A DNA stretch of 54,976 bases from Acidobacteriota bacterium (GCA_043718445.1 JAYSVR010000186.1:1-54976), one strand, 5' to 3'. Shown: positions 1-10,400, numbered from the stretch's first letter. Notes: generated by a model from the sequence alone, not told the origin. Made by a program: numbers and translations.

Positions 1-1
1 C

Positions 2-100
2 GGCTTCACGATCAGGCTGGGGGCTGACGGTCAATTCAGAGCCTTCACGGTGGCGCAAACCAACTTTGTCGTAGACCTCTCAGGTTATTTCGCGCCGTAG
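2..100 (+). CDS. 3' end of a gene that starts upstream of the window (partial; ...GFTIRLGADGQFRAFTVAQTNFVVDLSGYFAP*)
   Basis: An open frame runs from the window edge to TAG at 98-100. I recall similar C-termini in secreted beta-rich proteins. There is no other support. Confidence 0.3.
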   Translation, partial: GFTIRLGADGQFRAFTVAQTNFVVDLSGYFAP

Positions 101-905
101 TCGTTGTCATCCTTTTGCCTTACCGTGACGCGAGACTACGGAGAGTCGGCTTCCACTGCGACGGTATGACGGAACTCGAATGGCGGTACATTTTCACGCA
201 CAGAGCATTACCAATTACGCATTGCCAATTGAGATAAGCAAAGAAAGAGGTTTTTCGGCCTATCAATTGGCAATGCTCTGTCCGTAATCCTTCAACACAC
301 AATCCGGTAGTGCCGTTGTTTGAATATCGCCACGAAACTAGACCTCCAGATTGGCGCTCAGGCGGGCGCGTGAAATGAATCGCCACGCCTTTTTTAACAT
401 TAAAATCCGCCCCTTTCGGTTTCAGACCGTAGACGCCCTTGCGTCAAACTCGTAAACTCCGCCGCGTTCGCTACCCGATTCACAAAATATGATTTGAGAT
501 GGTCACTGAAGATTTTCCGGTGCCGGTCTCTTTGGGATAGCGAGACCCCCTGCGGCCTCACGTATTGGGTCGTCTTTCGATTGTGTGAATTCTCAGCCCC
601 GCAGAGTTCCTTCACACCAGTGGTTATTTCAAAAACTCTTTTTGGTCTGGCGATTTGCTGCCGCCTTCGGTTTGTCTTCATTTGGGACAGCTTGAAGGGC
701 TGCGCAGAAAACTAATGTGAGCGAAGGGCAACGTCATAGACGAATTGCAGCATCCGCCGACACACAAGCAAAGGTTTCGCACGAATGCGACCCGCACGTG
801 ATGCGGCGTGCGTAACCCCTCTCAAGCCAGCCTAAGGCAACCGATGTTGCGACTGGCAATGCGGCACTAAGAGTTTTTACTAGAAGTTTTAAGGAGATTT
901 ACTCG

Positions 906-3900
906 ATGTATAGCAGTATCACCGCTCTGGCCTCGCGGCAGTTTCGTCGTTCGCCCTTCTCACGCAGCCTCGTACTGTTGTTAGGCTTGAGCATGCTCGC
1001 CTTGTGTTGGCAATTGGTGCCGCAGTCATTTGCCTCAGGCAAAGGCTGGTTCAAAAAACGCGAAGTTACTGCGCAAATTTGCGGACAGCTTACGCAGTTT
1101 CAACCGGCTTCGACGCTGGGCAGCGGATTCGTGCAGCTCAACAGTGCGACGACTTACCGCATCGCACCCGGCGTAGTGATCGGCGGGCAGGCGCTGCTTT
1201 CCGGCGGGCAAAACATTTGCATTGAAGCCGTGCTGAATAATAACGGCGACATCTCTTTCGGTTCGGCAGTGGCGGGATCGCTCGTCAGTGTTTGCGGCGC
1301 GGTAGAGAATTACCGGGCTTCGACCTTCATCACACTTGGAACCATTACGATCAACGGCACGGCCTATCCGATTGCGACCGGTTTCGCGTTGGAAGGGAAC
1401 GGTCAAATCGCCAACGGCGCGAATATGTGTTTGACCGGCGTGCTGAACGGCAGCGGGCAACTCACGCGTCCGAGTTTAATTGCGGCGAACCTCACGCCTT
1501 CGTTGACACTGTGCGGCGTGGTGAATGCTTACGTGCCCGCAACCGCTACCGTAGCAGGCGGGTTGAACGTGGCGGGTATGGCGTTCACGGTGGCCCCCGG
1601 CGCGATGATTTCGGGTTTAACAGTGGGTAGCAACCAATGCCTGAGTGCTTTCACCGATGGTTTTGGACGCATTATCACGCCGAGTTCGGCAGGGGCGAAT
1701 GCGAGTGGCGCTACGCAAATTTGCGGTGTCGTGACTGATTTTCAAGCTGCGCTTACTGGCCGCGAAGGATTTATTCGCCTCGGCCATAACTTGTTGCCGA
1801 TTGGCGACAGCGTTAGGATCGGCGAAGCACAAATTGGGGCAAGTGTTTGCCTGAATTTAGTGATCGCCAATGGTCGCGTCGCTAACGGTTCCAGCTTGCA
1901 AGGCGCGGTGCAGGAATGCCCGCAATTCACCGTGCCGACCCTGGTGCATGGTTTCGGCGAATTCAATCAAGACCTTTATGCCTTGCCGAACCTGACAGTC
2001 TTTACCGTTTCTTCATCGCAAGCGGGTGGCGCGATGAACTTTTCAGTCAATGGCGGTTTCCCCGGATACGACGCGCGCAACATCGCGGGACTAGCGGCTT
2101 CGTCACCGAACTCGGTGGTGAAAGCGGTTTCGTGTACTGACAGCTTTTGGGATTTCATTTTCAGCCTCGGCACTAAAGGCATGGTCGAAGGCGATATGAT
2201 TAAACTCACTTTGCAAAGCCCCGGCAGCCAGAACGGACAGTTGCTGGCGATGTTTACCGTGCAAAATGGCGGACTGGTTTTGAACTCCGTTAGCCCGTGG
2301 CTTTCGTTGCGCGCGAACGGTAGTTCCAACTCGGTTTCAGTCGGACGTTTTTTCCCGGTCGTCTCGCCGGGGCCGGGCGGGTTTCAATACACCACGCCTT
2401 TCGTGATGGTCTTTGCGCCGGACTCGCGCTCGCCCTTCAACGGATGTTTTCAATTTGCCGTTGAGCTTAAACGTGCAGGCGGCAACGGCATGCTGGCGTT
2501 CGTGCCGCTGCAATCCATCGTCAAACGCATGGATGACACGGTGGGCGAAGGCCCGAATCTCGACAACGGTTCTCAGGGCACATTCCCGACGGCCAAGCCC
2601 TGCCAAACGGTTTGCCAACCGTGCAACGATCAGCCGCCGCCGACCAGCCTGTCAGGCTTTGTTTATTGCGATCTCAACAACGACGGCCTTAAGCAAAGCA
2701 CCGAACCCGCTTTAGCGAACGTGACCGTGACATTGACCGGGACGAGCATCACAGGGCCGGTGAATATCCCTACGACCACTGATGCCAATGGTGCTTATAG
2801 CTTCAACAATTTGCGACCGGGCACTTACACGATTACTGAAACGCAACCCAACATCGCGCTTGATGGAGTTGATACGGTGGGTTCGATTGGCGGCACGCTG
2901 GGCAACGACGTGATCGCAAACATTCAGGTCAGCACGACCAGCGGCGCGAATTACAACTTCGGCGAAATTTGCACCGGCGCTTTGGCAGGCTTTGTTTATT
3001 GCGACAGCAACAACAACGGCATGAAAGACGCGGGCGAAGGTGGCTTGTCGGGCGTGACGATTACGCTGACTGGCACGAGCGTGATGGGAGCGGTCAATCT
3101 TACGCTGCAAACCGGAGCCGATGGCTCTTACGGGTTTAACAATCTCGCGCCGGGTACTTATACGTTGACCGAAACGCAACCTGCCGGTTACGGCGACGGA
3201 TTGGATAAAGCCGGTTCGCTGGGTGGAACCGTCGCCAACGATGTGATTTCGGGCATTGCGGTGAATAACAATCAGGGACAGGGTTACAACTTCGGCGAAG
3301 GTTGTAATCGCGGCTTGCGCGGCTTTGTCTATTGCGACGGCAACAATGACGGCGTGCGTCAGGCGGGCGAACCGGGCATTGTGAATGTCACAGTTACGTT
3401 GACGGGTACGACGGCGCAAGGCGCTGTCAATCTGGTAGCCGCAACGGATGGCAACGGCAATTATGGTTTCACCAATTTGCAGCCCGGCACTTATACGCTC
3501 ACCGAAACGCAACCCAATGGTTATGGTGACGGAAAAGACACGGCGGGTACGTTGGGCGGCACGGTGGGCAATGACGTAATTTCGAGCATCGTGGTGGTCA
3601 ATGCCGACGGGATTGATTACGCCTTTGGCGAACGCTGCGGCGGCAATCTATCGGGCTATGTTTATTGCGACACGAATAACGATGGGGTTCGCCAACCGGC
3701 AGAAGGCGGCGTGCCGGGCGTGACGATTACGCTATCAGGCGCGGCGAGTCGCGTCACGACAACTGATAACAGCGGCAATTACAGTTTCGCCAACCTGTCG
3801 CCCGGAACTTACGCGATTACCGAAACGCAGCCGATTGGTTTCGGCGACGGCAAGGATACGTTGGGTTCGTTGGGCGGTACGCTGGGCAATGACACGTTCA

Positions 3901-4736
3901 CGAATATCGTTTTGACCAATACGGACGGCGTCAATTACGCCTTTGGCGAAGCCTGTCCGGGTGGCTTGAACGGCTCGGTTTACTGCGATTTCAACGATGA
4001 CGGCATTCGGCAAACGACCGAAAACGGCATCGCGGCTGTCACGGTGATGCTCGCGGGCACAGACGCGAACGGCCCGATCACTCGGCTGACGACGACGAAC
4101 CTGTTCGGTTTTTACAGCTTCCCGAACCTGTTGCCGGGTACGTATAAAATCACGGAGTTGCAACCGCCGGGTAATGTGGACGGCAAAGATATGGTGGGCA
4201 CGTTAGGCGGCATCGCCACGAACGATATGTTCGCTAGTATTGTCGTCAACAGTAACATTGGCACCGATTACAATTTCGGCGAAGCCTGTATGCCAACCAA
4301 GTGCGATACGATTTGCTATATCACGCCGCGCGAATGGATTTTGCGCGGACGCTATCCCAACGGCGCGATCATCGTGGGCGGCATCAACTTCAACAATCCG
4401 ATTAGTATTCAACGGAACATTGATTTGCTTGAAAGAGCGATGCGGCTGGGAGCGACTGGTATGCAAGCTCTCAATCGTGAATTCATCGCCATGCAATTGA
4501 GCCACGCGCGGGCGGGCGGTTTGGGTTCGCCGGTGGTGTTCAACACTTACTGGAGTCCGTTGCGTTGCACGGGGTTGAACTTCGCGCCGGTGACGTTGAG
4601 CAATGGCTACATCATTACGCCTGACACATTGCTCAATGATCTGGTGCTGCAAACACAGGCCACGATCCGTGAAAATCGCATCGTTGATATGCAGGCGCTC
4701 GCCGACCTGCTCGCGGTTTTGAATACGAAATGTTAA
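906..4736 (+). CDS. Giant secreted Cys-framed repeat protein. Four N-terminal two-Cys modules, an unknown central domain, five SdrD/Cna-B-like repeats and an unknown C-terminal domain.
   Basis: The ATG is preceded by AAGGAG. There is a signal peptide (LVLLLGLSMLALCWQLVPQSFASG). Four ~70-aa modules begin ICGxxTxFQ or LCGVV. Five ~110-aa repeats read GFVYCDxNNDG...TTDxxGxYxFxNLxPGTYxxTETQP...YNFGExC. A T-run follows the stop. Confidence 0.9.
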   Translation: MYSSITALASRQFRRSPFSRSLVLLLGLSMLALCWQLVPQSFASGKGWFKKREVTAQICGQLTQFQPASTLGSGFVQLNSATTYRIAPGVVIGGQALLSGGQNICIEAVLNNNGDISFGSAVAGSLVSVCGAVENYRASTFITLGTITINGTAYPIATGFALEGNGQIANGANMCLTGVLNGSGQLTRPSLIAANLTPSLTLCGVVNAYVPATATVAGGLNVAGMAFTVAPGAMISGLTVGSNQCLSAFTDGFGRIITPSSAGANASGATQICGVVTDFQAALTGREGFIRLGHNLLPIGDSVRIGEAQIGASVCLNLVIANGRVANGSSLQGAVQECPQFTVPTLVHGFGEFNQDLYALPNLTVFTVSSSQAGGAMNFSVNGGFPGYDARNIAGLAASSPNSVVKAVSCTDSFWDFIFSLGTKGMVEGDMIKLTLQSPGSQNGQLLAMFTVQNGGLVLNSVSPWLSLRANGSSNSVSVGRFFPVVSPGPGGFQYTTPFVMVFAPDSRSPFNGCFQFAVELKRAGGNGMLAFVPLQSIVKRMDDTVGEGPNLDNGSQGTFPTAKPCQTVCQPCNDQPPPTSLSGFVYCDLNNDGLKQSTEPALANVTVTLTGTSITGPVNIPTTTDANGAYSFNNLRPGTYTITETQPNIALDGVDTVGSIGGTLGNDVIANIQVSTTSGANYNFGEICTGALAGFVYCDSNNNGMKDAGEGGLSGVTITLTGTSVMGAVNLTLQTGADGSYGFNNLAPGTYTLTETQPAGYGDGLDKAGSLGGTVANDVISGIAVNNNQGQGYNFGEGCNRGLRGFVYCDGNNDGVRQAGEPGIVNVTVTLTGTTAQGAVNLVAATDGNGNYGFTNLQPGTYTLTETQPNGYGDGKDTAGTLGGTVGNDVISSIVVVNADGIDYAFGERCGGNLSGYVYCDTNNDGVRQPAEGGVPGVTITLSGAASRVTTTDNSGNYSFANLSPGTYAITETQPIGFGDGKDTLGSLGGTLGNDTFTNIVLTNTDGVNYAFGEACPGGLNGSVYCDFNDDGIRQTTENGIAAVTVMLAGTDANGPITRLTTTNLFGFYSFPNLLPGTYKITELQPPGNVDGKDMVGTLGGIATNDMFASIVVNSNIGTDYNFGEACMPTKCDTICYITPREWILRGRYPNGAIIVGGINFNNPISIQRNIDLLERAMRLGATGMQALNREFIAMQLSHARAGGLGSPVVFNTYWSPLRCTGLNFAPVTLSNGYIITPDTLLNDLVLQTQATIRENRIVDMQALADLLAVLNTKC
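2647..4290 (+). repeat. Five tandem in-frame ~320-335 bp coding repeats (SdrD B-like / Cna-B-type fold units)
   Basis: Repeat starts are visible near 2647, 2976, 3309, 3645 and 3962. Each opens with G(F/Y/S)VYCD and closes with (N/A)FGE(I/G/R/A)C. Confidence 0.85.
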
Positions 4737-4819
4737 CGCAGTGAAACGGCGCACTTCGTGAATGTGAGGCGCGCTGTTTTTTTGGCATAGAACCAAATCA
4801 ATCCGAAGAGGAACAACTT

Positions 4820-6994
4820 ATGAAATCACAAACTACCCGAGTGTTATTGGCGCTGTCGCTGGCTTTGGGCCTGCTGGCCGTAGCGCGTTGGCGACCGAAC
4901 GTCACGACGTCAGCCGTTGCGCCGCTGGTGAGTCAGGCCGCCATGGCTGACAACTCTCCGATACCGATTACTTCGGTCTGCGGCCCGGTGACGGAATTTC
5001 AAGCCGCCACGGCGAACAGCAACGGCGTACTCACCATTGGTGGCGTACGGCTGATTCTCGCGGCAGGCTCGTCGGTCGGAGGCTTTGCCGTCGGCGCGAA
5101 CGTTTGCGCGACGTTCTGTTTCGGCCCCAATGGACTCGTGACGAATGTCATCGGCGGCGTTACGCCGAACGCAGGAGTCAAAACGACAGTGTGCGGCATT
5201 GTGTCGGAATGGAAGCCGAATCAATCCGTCAGCATCGGCGGCAGCCGGTTGCTGTTGCAGCCGTGGGAACCCATCAACGGCCAGCATTTGATTATCCCCG
5301 GCCTCAACGTTTGTCTGTCGCCGGTTTATAACGACATAGGCCGGGTGGCCGGCAGCAGCACGGTATCGTTTGCGCCGGGCACTTTGCCGATACTGGTTCC
5401 TGCTCTCGTGCATGGCACGAAATACGGCCCGAATTACAGCGATGGAGACGAAAGCGTTTTTCGGCTGCCTTCGCCCTTCGTTCTCAACGTACAAAGGCCG
5501 ATTCCGGCGGGCGTATCCGTCAGCCCGACGACCGCCGAGTATGTTTGGACGCCCTATAACGGGTTGTCACATCGAGACCTGATGAAGTTCAGCAGCACCA
5601 CGCCCAATAGCGTGGTGCGGGCTTCGACGTGCGGTGAGAGCCTGTGGGATTTGTTTGTGCAACTCGAAACCTCCGGCGCGACCAGTGGCGATATGGTTAC
5701 CCTCGCCGTACAAAACCCCGATGGCAGTGGTGTGCAGGTGTTGGCGATGTTCACGTTTCAGCAAGGCTCAGTCGTGGTCACGCAAATTCATCCAGATGTG
5801 CAGTTGTCTTCAGGGTCTGCTTTGCGCGAAGGCCAGGTCTTGTCGCTGGCGAACATCGGAACCGCCCTGCGTACGGGTACGTTCATTCTGGCTTTCAACA
5901 TGAACTCCACGCGGCTGAACGGTTGCTTGCAGTATTTCACTGAAATCAAACGTGCGGGCGGCGCGGGAACTACTTCGGTCATTCACATCGCGGCGGTCGT
6001 CAAACGCATGGAACAAGGCGGTGACCGTTTCAGCGACGCGGGCGACCTCGACACTGGCGCACCGGGTTGGTTTCCGACCGGCTTACCGTGCGCCGTTTCG
6101 TGCGATGGCTGTCTTCCTCCTCCTCCGGTGCAACCGTTGCCCGGCAGCCTGTCAGGTTACGTTTATTGCGATAACAACAATGACGGCCTTCGTCAGGACG
6201 GCAGCGAAGTCGGCATCGCTAACGTCACCGTCACGCTTACCGGCGTAGACATCAACGGCGCGGTCAACAAGTTCACTACCACGAACGCCGCTGGGTTCTA
6301 TACCTTCCCGAACCTGATGCCCGGTGTTTACAAGATCACTGAATCTCAACCCGCAGGCGTGACTGATGGGCTTGATACGCTGGGCACATTGGGCGGCACG
6401 GTGACGAACGATATGTTCTCAAATATCCCGCTGCCCGCGCTGGGCAAGGGCGAGAACTACAACTTCGGTGAAATCTGCACAACCTCTACGCCGACGCCGA
6501 CTCCAACACCAACACCTACACCTACGCCCACACCGAACACAGGCAAATGCGATACGGTGTGCTGGCGCGCAACTTCTTACCTGCTGAAGAACGAGCGCAC
6601 CTGGCCGAACGGAACTGTGATTGCGATGGGGTATAACTTCAACAATCCGGTTTCGGTGCTGGGCAATGTCAACGCGATCCGCAACATACTGAATGGCGGT
6701 ATGTCGGCTGGTCAGCGTATGAACCGCGAATTCGTGACGGCGCAAATGAGTATGTTGATGGCAGGCGGACCCGGTTCGCCCGTCGTATTCAATGTGTTCT
6801 GGAGCCCGTTGCGTTGCTCGCAAGCGCAATTCGCGCCAGTGACGTTAAGCAACGGAACGGTGCTGTCGCCGGATAGCTTGCTGGATACGTTGCAAAACGA
6901 AACCATTGACGCGATCCGTGACAACCGCTCACAGGATTTCGACGCACTCGCACTCGTCTGGGCGCAAGTCAACGGAAGATGCGGCATCTTTTGA
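4820..6994 (+). CDS. Paralogue of the preceding gene. Two N-terminal two-Cys modules, the same central domain, one SdrD-like repeat, a (TP)8 linker and the same C-terminal domain.
   Basis: Signal peptide MKSQTTRVLLALSLALGLLAVA. Blocks are shared with the 906-4736 product: NSVV(K/R)A..C..S.WD, LAMFT(V/F)Q, NGC(F/L)Q..(V/T)E(L/I)KRAGG, VKRM and SPVVFN..WSPLRC....FAPVTLSNG. A hairpin terminator follows at 7042-7086. Confidence 0.9.
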   Translation: MKSQTTRVLLALSLALGLLAVARWRPNVTTSAVAPLVSQAAMADNSPIPITSVCGPVTEFQAATANSNGVLTIGGVRLILAAGSSVGGFAVGANVCATFCFGPNGLVTNVIGGVTPNAGVKTTVCGIVSEWKPNQSVSIGGSRLLLQPWEPINGQHLIIPGLNVCLSPVYNDIGRVAGSSTVSFAPGTLPILVPALVHGTKYGPNYSDGDESVFRLPSPFVLNVQRPIPAGVSVSPTTAEYVWTPYNGLSHRDLMKFSSTTPNSVVRASTCGESLWDLFVQLETSGATSGDMVTLAVQNPDGSGVQVLAMFTFQQGSVVVTQIHPDVQLSSGSALREGQVLSLANIGTALRTGTFILAFNMNSTRLNGCLQYFTEIKRAGGAGTTSVIHIAAVVKRMEQGGDRFSDAGDLDTGAPGWFPTGLPCAVSCDGCLPPPPVQPLPGSLSGYVYCDNNNDGLRQDGSEVGIANVTVTLTGVDINGAVNKFTTTNAAGFYTFPNLMPGVYKITESQPAGVTDGLDTLGTLGGTVTNDMFSNIPLPALGKGENYNFGEICTTSTPTPTPTPTPTPTPTPNTGKCDTVCWRATSYLLKNERTWPNGTVIAMGYNFNNPVSVLGNVNAIRNILNGGMSAGQRMNREFVTAQMSMLMAGGPGSPVVFNVFWSPLRCSQAQFAPVTLSNGTVLSPDSLLDTLQNETIDAIRDNRSQDFDALALVWAQVNGRCGIF
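6488..6535 (+). repeat. Imperfect dinucleotide-codon repeat encoding (Thr-Pro)x8 linker
   Basis: Codons read acg ccg acg ccg act cca aca cca aca cct aca cct acg ccc aca ccg. Confidence 0.9.
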
Positions 6995-7041
6995 TCATTT
7001 GGTGATCATTTGGTGATAATTTAGCGTCAACCTGAAACAGC

Positions 7042-7086
7042 TAAGGGCGGGCAGCTCGGTAATTTTTACCAAGTTGCCCGCCCTTA
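7042..7086 (+). terminator. Hairpin terminator after the second giant gene
   Basis: taagggcgggcagctcgg ... ccaagttgcccgccctta forms an 18-bp stem with two G:U positions. AT/T-rich sequence follows. Confidence 0.6.
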
Positions 7087-7478
7087 AATTTTAATTTGGC
7101 ATTTTAGGCCATTAGGGATTTTCAAAACGCTGCGAGTGGTTTACATTGCGTTCACCCTAACTGACCACCTCATCTGGTCGTCAACAACACATAAACGATT
7201 AGTAGTTAAACATCGTTAAAGCAGAGAACGGCAAGGCGTAAAAACAATAAACGCCTGTCAACGTCGGAAGAGTTTTTTCAGGTTTTTGTTCGTCAGCGAC
7301 CAATGCATGTGCCCCGCGTTGGTCGTACTGACTGGCTGCCATCCCCTTCAACCAAAACCTGATATTCAATCGCCCTGAAAGACATAGGTAAGCCACATTG
7401 CTTGTAACTAAGCAGGGCGGATTAGTTCGTTCGGTTTTTCGTTTCCTTCATTACCGTGCAATAGGAGTAACCCGGGTT

Positions 7479-10400
7479 ATGCGAATTCGGCTGGCGCGTT
7501 TTGCCTGCCTAATGGTGTCGGTTTGCGGTGCGTGTGTGTTAGCCCAATGGACGACGCGTACTGTGCAAGGCGAGGTCTCACGGCAATCTCAAATTAACTC
7601 AAGAGTCCGGTCTGTATCGGCGCAAGCTCCGGCTCGTCCGAAAGCGCCGAAGGCTGAAGCCGATCTGCATCTATCGGTACAGGTCGAACGTAACGTCGTG
7701 CAAAAAGGCAATAACTACGCCTATTCGCTTACGGTCAACAACCTTGGGCCTGCACCTGCCACCGGCGTAAAGTTCACTTCACAATTGCCAGGCGCGATGA
7801 GTTACATCGTCGCCAATCCTACGCAAGGCTCTTGTTTCAACAGCGCCGGAGCCATCACCTGCAATCTGGGAACCATCGCGGTCAACGAACCCGCTTCGAT
7901 TTTAGTTGGCGTGTTCATCAACGACCGCGCAACGCTCGGCACGACGTTGGCCTATAACGCGAGCGTCGCCAGCGAACAAACCGATCCGCAAACCGCTAAT
8001 AATCAAATCAGGGTCAATACGCTGGTCAGTAACAAGGCGACGATTGCGGGACGTGTGACTGACTCGCAGGGTCAGGCGCTCTCGAACGTCACCATCAACG
8101 TCACCGGCTCGGCTTCGAGTTCGCGTACGACTGACGCGCAAGGCAATTATCTGTTTGACGAATTGGCGAGCGGCGGCAATTACACCGTAACGCCCGCGAG
8201 CGTCGGCTATTGGTTCGATCCGGCTTCGCGCATTTATCCTGAATTCAGCACCGATCAAACTGCAAACTTTGTAGCGATTACCTGTCAATACAGCGTCAGC
8301 CCTACGACGTTGAATATTCCCAGCGGAGGCGGCAACGCTTCGGTGGCGGTCACGACGACAGCGCGCTGTCCGTGGACGGCAACGAGCCAGTCACCGTGGA
8401 TTACGATCACCACTGCTGGCACGGGCAATATCGGCAACGGTCAACTGCAAATTTCGGTTGCCTCGACCGCCGAAGCGCGCACCGGACGCATCGTCATTGC
8501 TGGTAATGGGGTCGCCGGGCAGGAAGTTGCGGTTTATCAAGTCGCAGGCAGTTGCCCGGTACCGGTCTTTCGTCCCGCAACCATGCTGACGCGCGACATT
8601 ACGCCCGACAGCCAGCCTTTCGCGGCTGATTTCAACAAAGACGGATTGTCAGAGTTGCTGGTCTTTCGTCCGCCTACTGCCAGTGAACGTCCGATAGCGA
8701 TTTATACGCTCGAAGAAAACACCAACGGTTGGCGGCTCTGGAGCGAACTGCGCGCGCCGCTTGGCGCATTGACTCCGGCGGCGGCTGATTTCAACGGCGA
8801 TGGGTTTATGGACTTGTTGCTGGTGAGTTCAGGCGCAGGGGCAAATGCCACGGGACAGCTTTATCTGGGCAATGGACGCGGCGGCTGGGACTTGCCTGAT
8901 CGCTTTCCGCTTTCGCTGAGGCCGTTAAGCGTGCAGCAAATTTATACCCCCGACCTCAATCGCGACGGACGCGCCGACATCGTGTTGAATGGCGGAGGCA
9001 GCTTGGCTTTCATCACGCTCGCGCAAGCAGACAATCGCGCAGACGGTCGCATGCTGGCTCCGGCGGATATGAATCTCGGCAGCGATAGTTTGCTGGCGCT
9101 GGCAGATTTCACCGGCGACGGTGACGTAGACCTGCTCACCGGCAACGGCGCGCAACTGCGCTTGCATCTCGGCGGATTTATCGGAGCCAAGCCGCCCATC
9201 GTTACGCAGTTGGAATTCGCGCCGACGGTTTATGCCGCCGCTGATTTCACCGGCGACAATCGCGCCGATTTGCTGATCGGAAAAGATCGCTTGCTCGATA
9301 ACACGTTGTCAGTTTTGCCCGTCACTGCCAGCGGAAAGTTCGATTTGCCAATTGCGACCAACCTGGGGCAGACGCTGGGCAACGGCACTTATCAATTCAT
9401 CGTGGACGATTTCAACAGCGACGCGCGGATGGATGTGATGCTGTTTATCAATGCCGCCACGCGCCTCTTTATCGCAGGCGACGGCGCTGGACGTTTGGCT
9501 CCGCCCATTGGTATCGAGTTGCCCTTTGAGTCACGTAGCTTCGTTGCCGGACGCTTCACGCGCGACAACAGTCTTGATCTATTCGCGTTGGGACAAGGCC
9601 AGTTCGCCAACCAGTTGCTGCTTTATGCGAACACCTGCGGTCATCCCTTGCTGATGATTTACGGACGCATCGTCGAGAGCGGCTCACAGCGCGGCGTCGC
9701 TAACGTGAAGCTCAATCTCACCGGCAACAAGACTGCGACCGCGACGACCGACGTAGGCGGTTACTACGAATTCAACAGCCTGCCCGCGCGCTTCGGTTAT
9801 GTCGTAGCGACTGAAAGCAACGAGTTCGATTTCAATCCGTCGCGCAACGAGAACACTTATTTAACTAAAGACCAGCAATTCAACTTTCAGGCGCGGCGAC
9901 GCTTGGCCGTAGTCTCTGCCGCCAGTTACGACGCCGCGATTTCGTCTGATGCGATCATCACGATCTTCGGCGCGTCGCTCGCTGCTACCGTACAAGTGGC
10001 GACCACGGCGATTCTGCCTGAATCGCTGGCGAACGTCAGCGTCACTTTCACCGACGCCAACCAAACGGTTTATTCCGCCAAGTTGTTTTTCGTCTCGCCC
10101 AGTCAAATCAACTTGCTCACGCCCAGCGGACTCGCGCCTGGCGCTTACAAAGTGACGGTGCGTTATGGGCAGCAGGAACTCGTCTCGACGATTCGGATTG
10201 ACGCCATCGCCCCCGGCCTTTTCACCGCTGACGCCAGTGGCAAAGGCTTGCCTTCGGCTATCGTATTGCGCGTCGCCGCGAATGGTCGCCAGACTTATGA
10301 ATCCGCCGTGCGTTACGACAACACGCGCGGACAGTTCGTCGCCATTCCGATTGACCTGAGCAACACGAGCGAACAAGTCTTCCTGCTGCTTTACGGCACG

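Noticed and set aside
120-715. Short ORFs (88, 93 and 73 aa) in the leader upstream of the first giant gene
   Set aside because: They have no RBS, odd composition and no motifs. The region is treated as non-coding.
2712-3512. 266-aa minus-strand ORF inside the SdrD-repeat region, with similar ones at 1035-1460, 3735-4163 and 4203-4796
   Set aside because: It is antisense to a strongly supported repeat protein. Its Arg/Ala-rich composition is typical of shadow ORFs in GC-rich coding DNA, and it has no motifs.
6992-7020. Tandem 11-mer (tgatcatttgg tgatcatttgg) at the stop of the second giant gene
   Set aside because: It has only two copies plus a partial one. It is most simply a small duplication with no evident function.
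7398-7478. TTG-initiated 27-codon extension of the third giant gene, with similar upstream extensions at 11017, 20500, 39120, 41197, 47043 and 48284
   Set aside because: Internal ATGs have better RBSs and start directly at signal peptides or conserved N-termini. The extensions also create gene overlaps.
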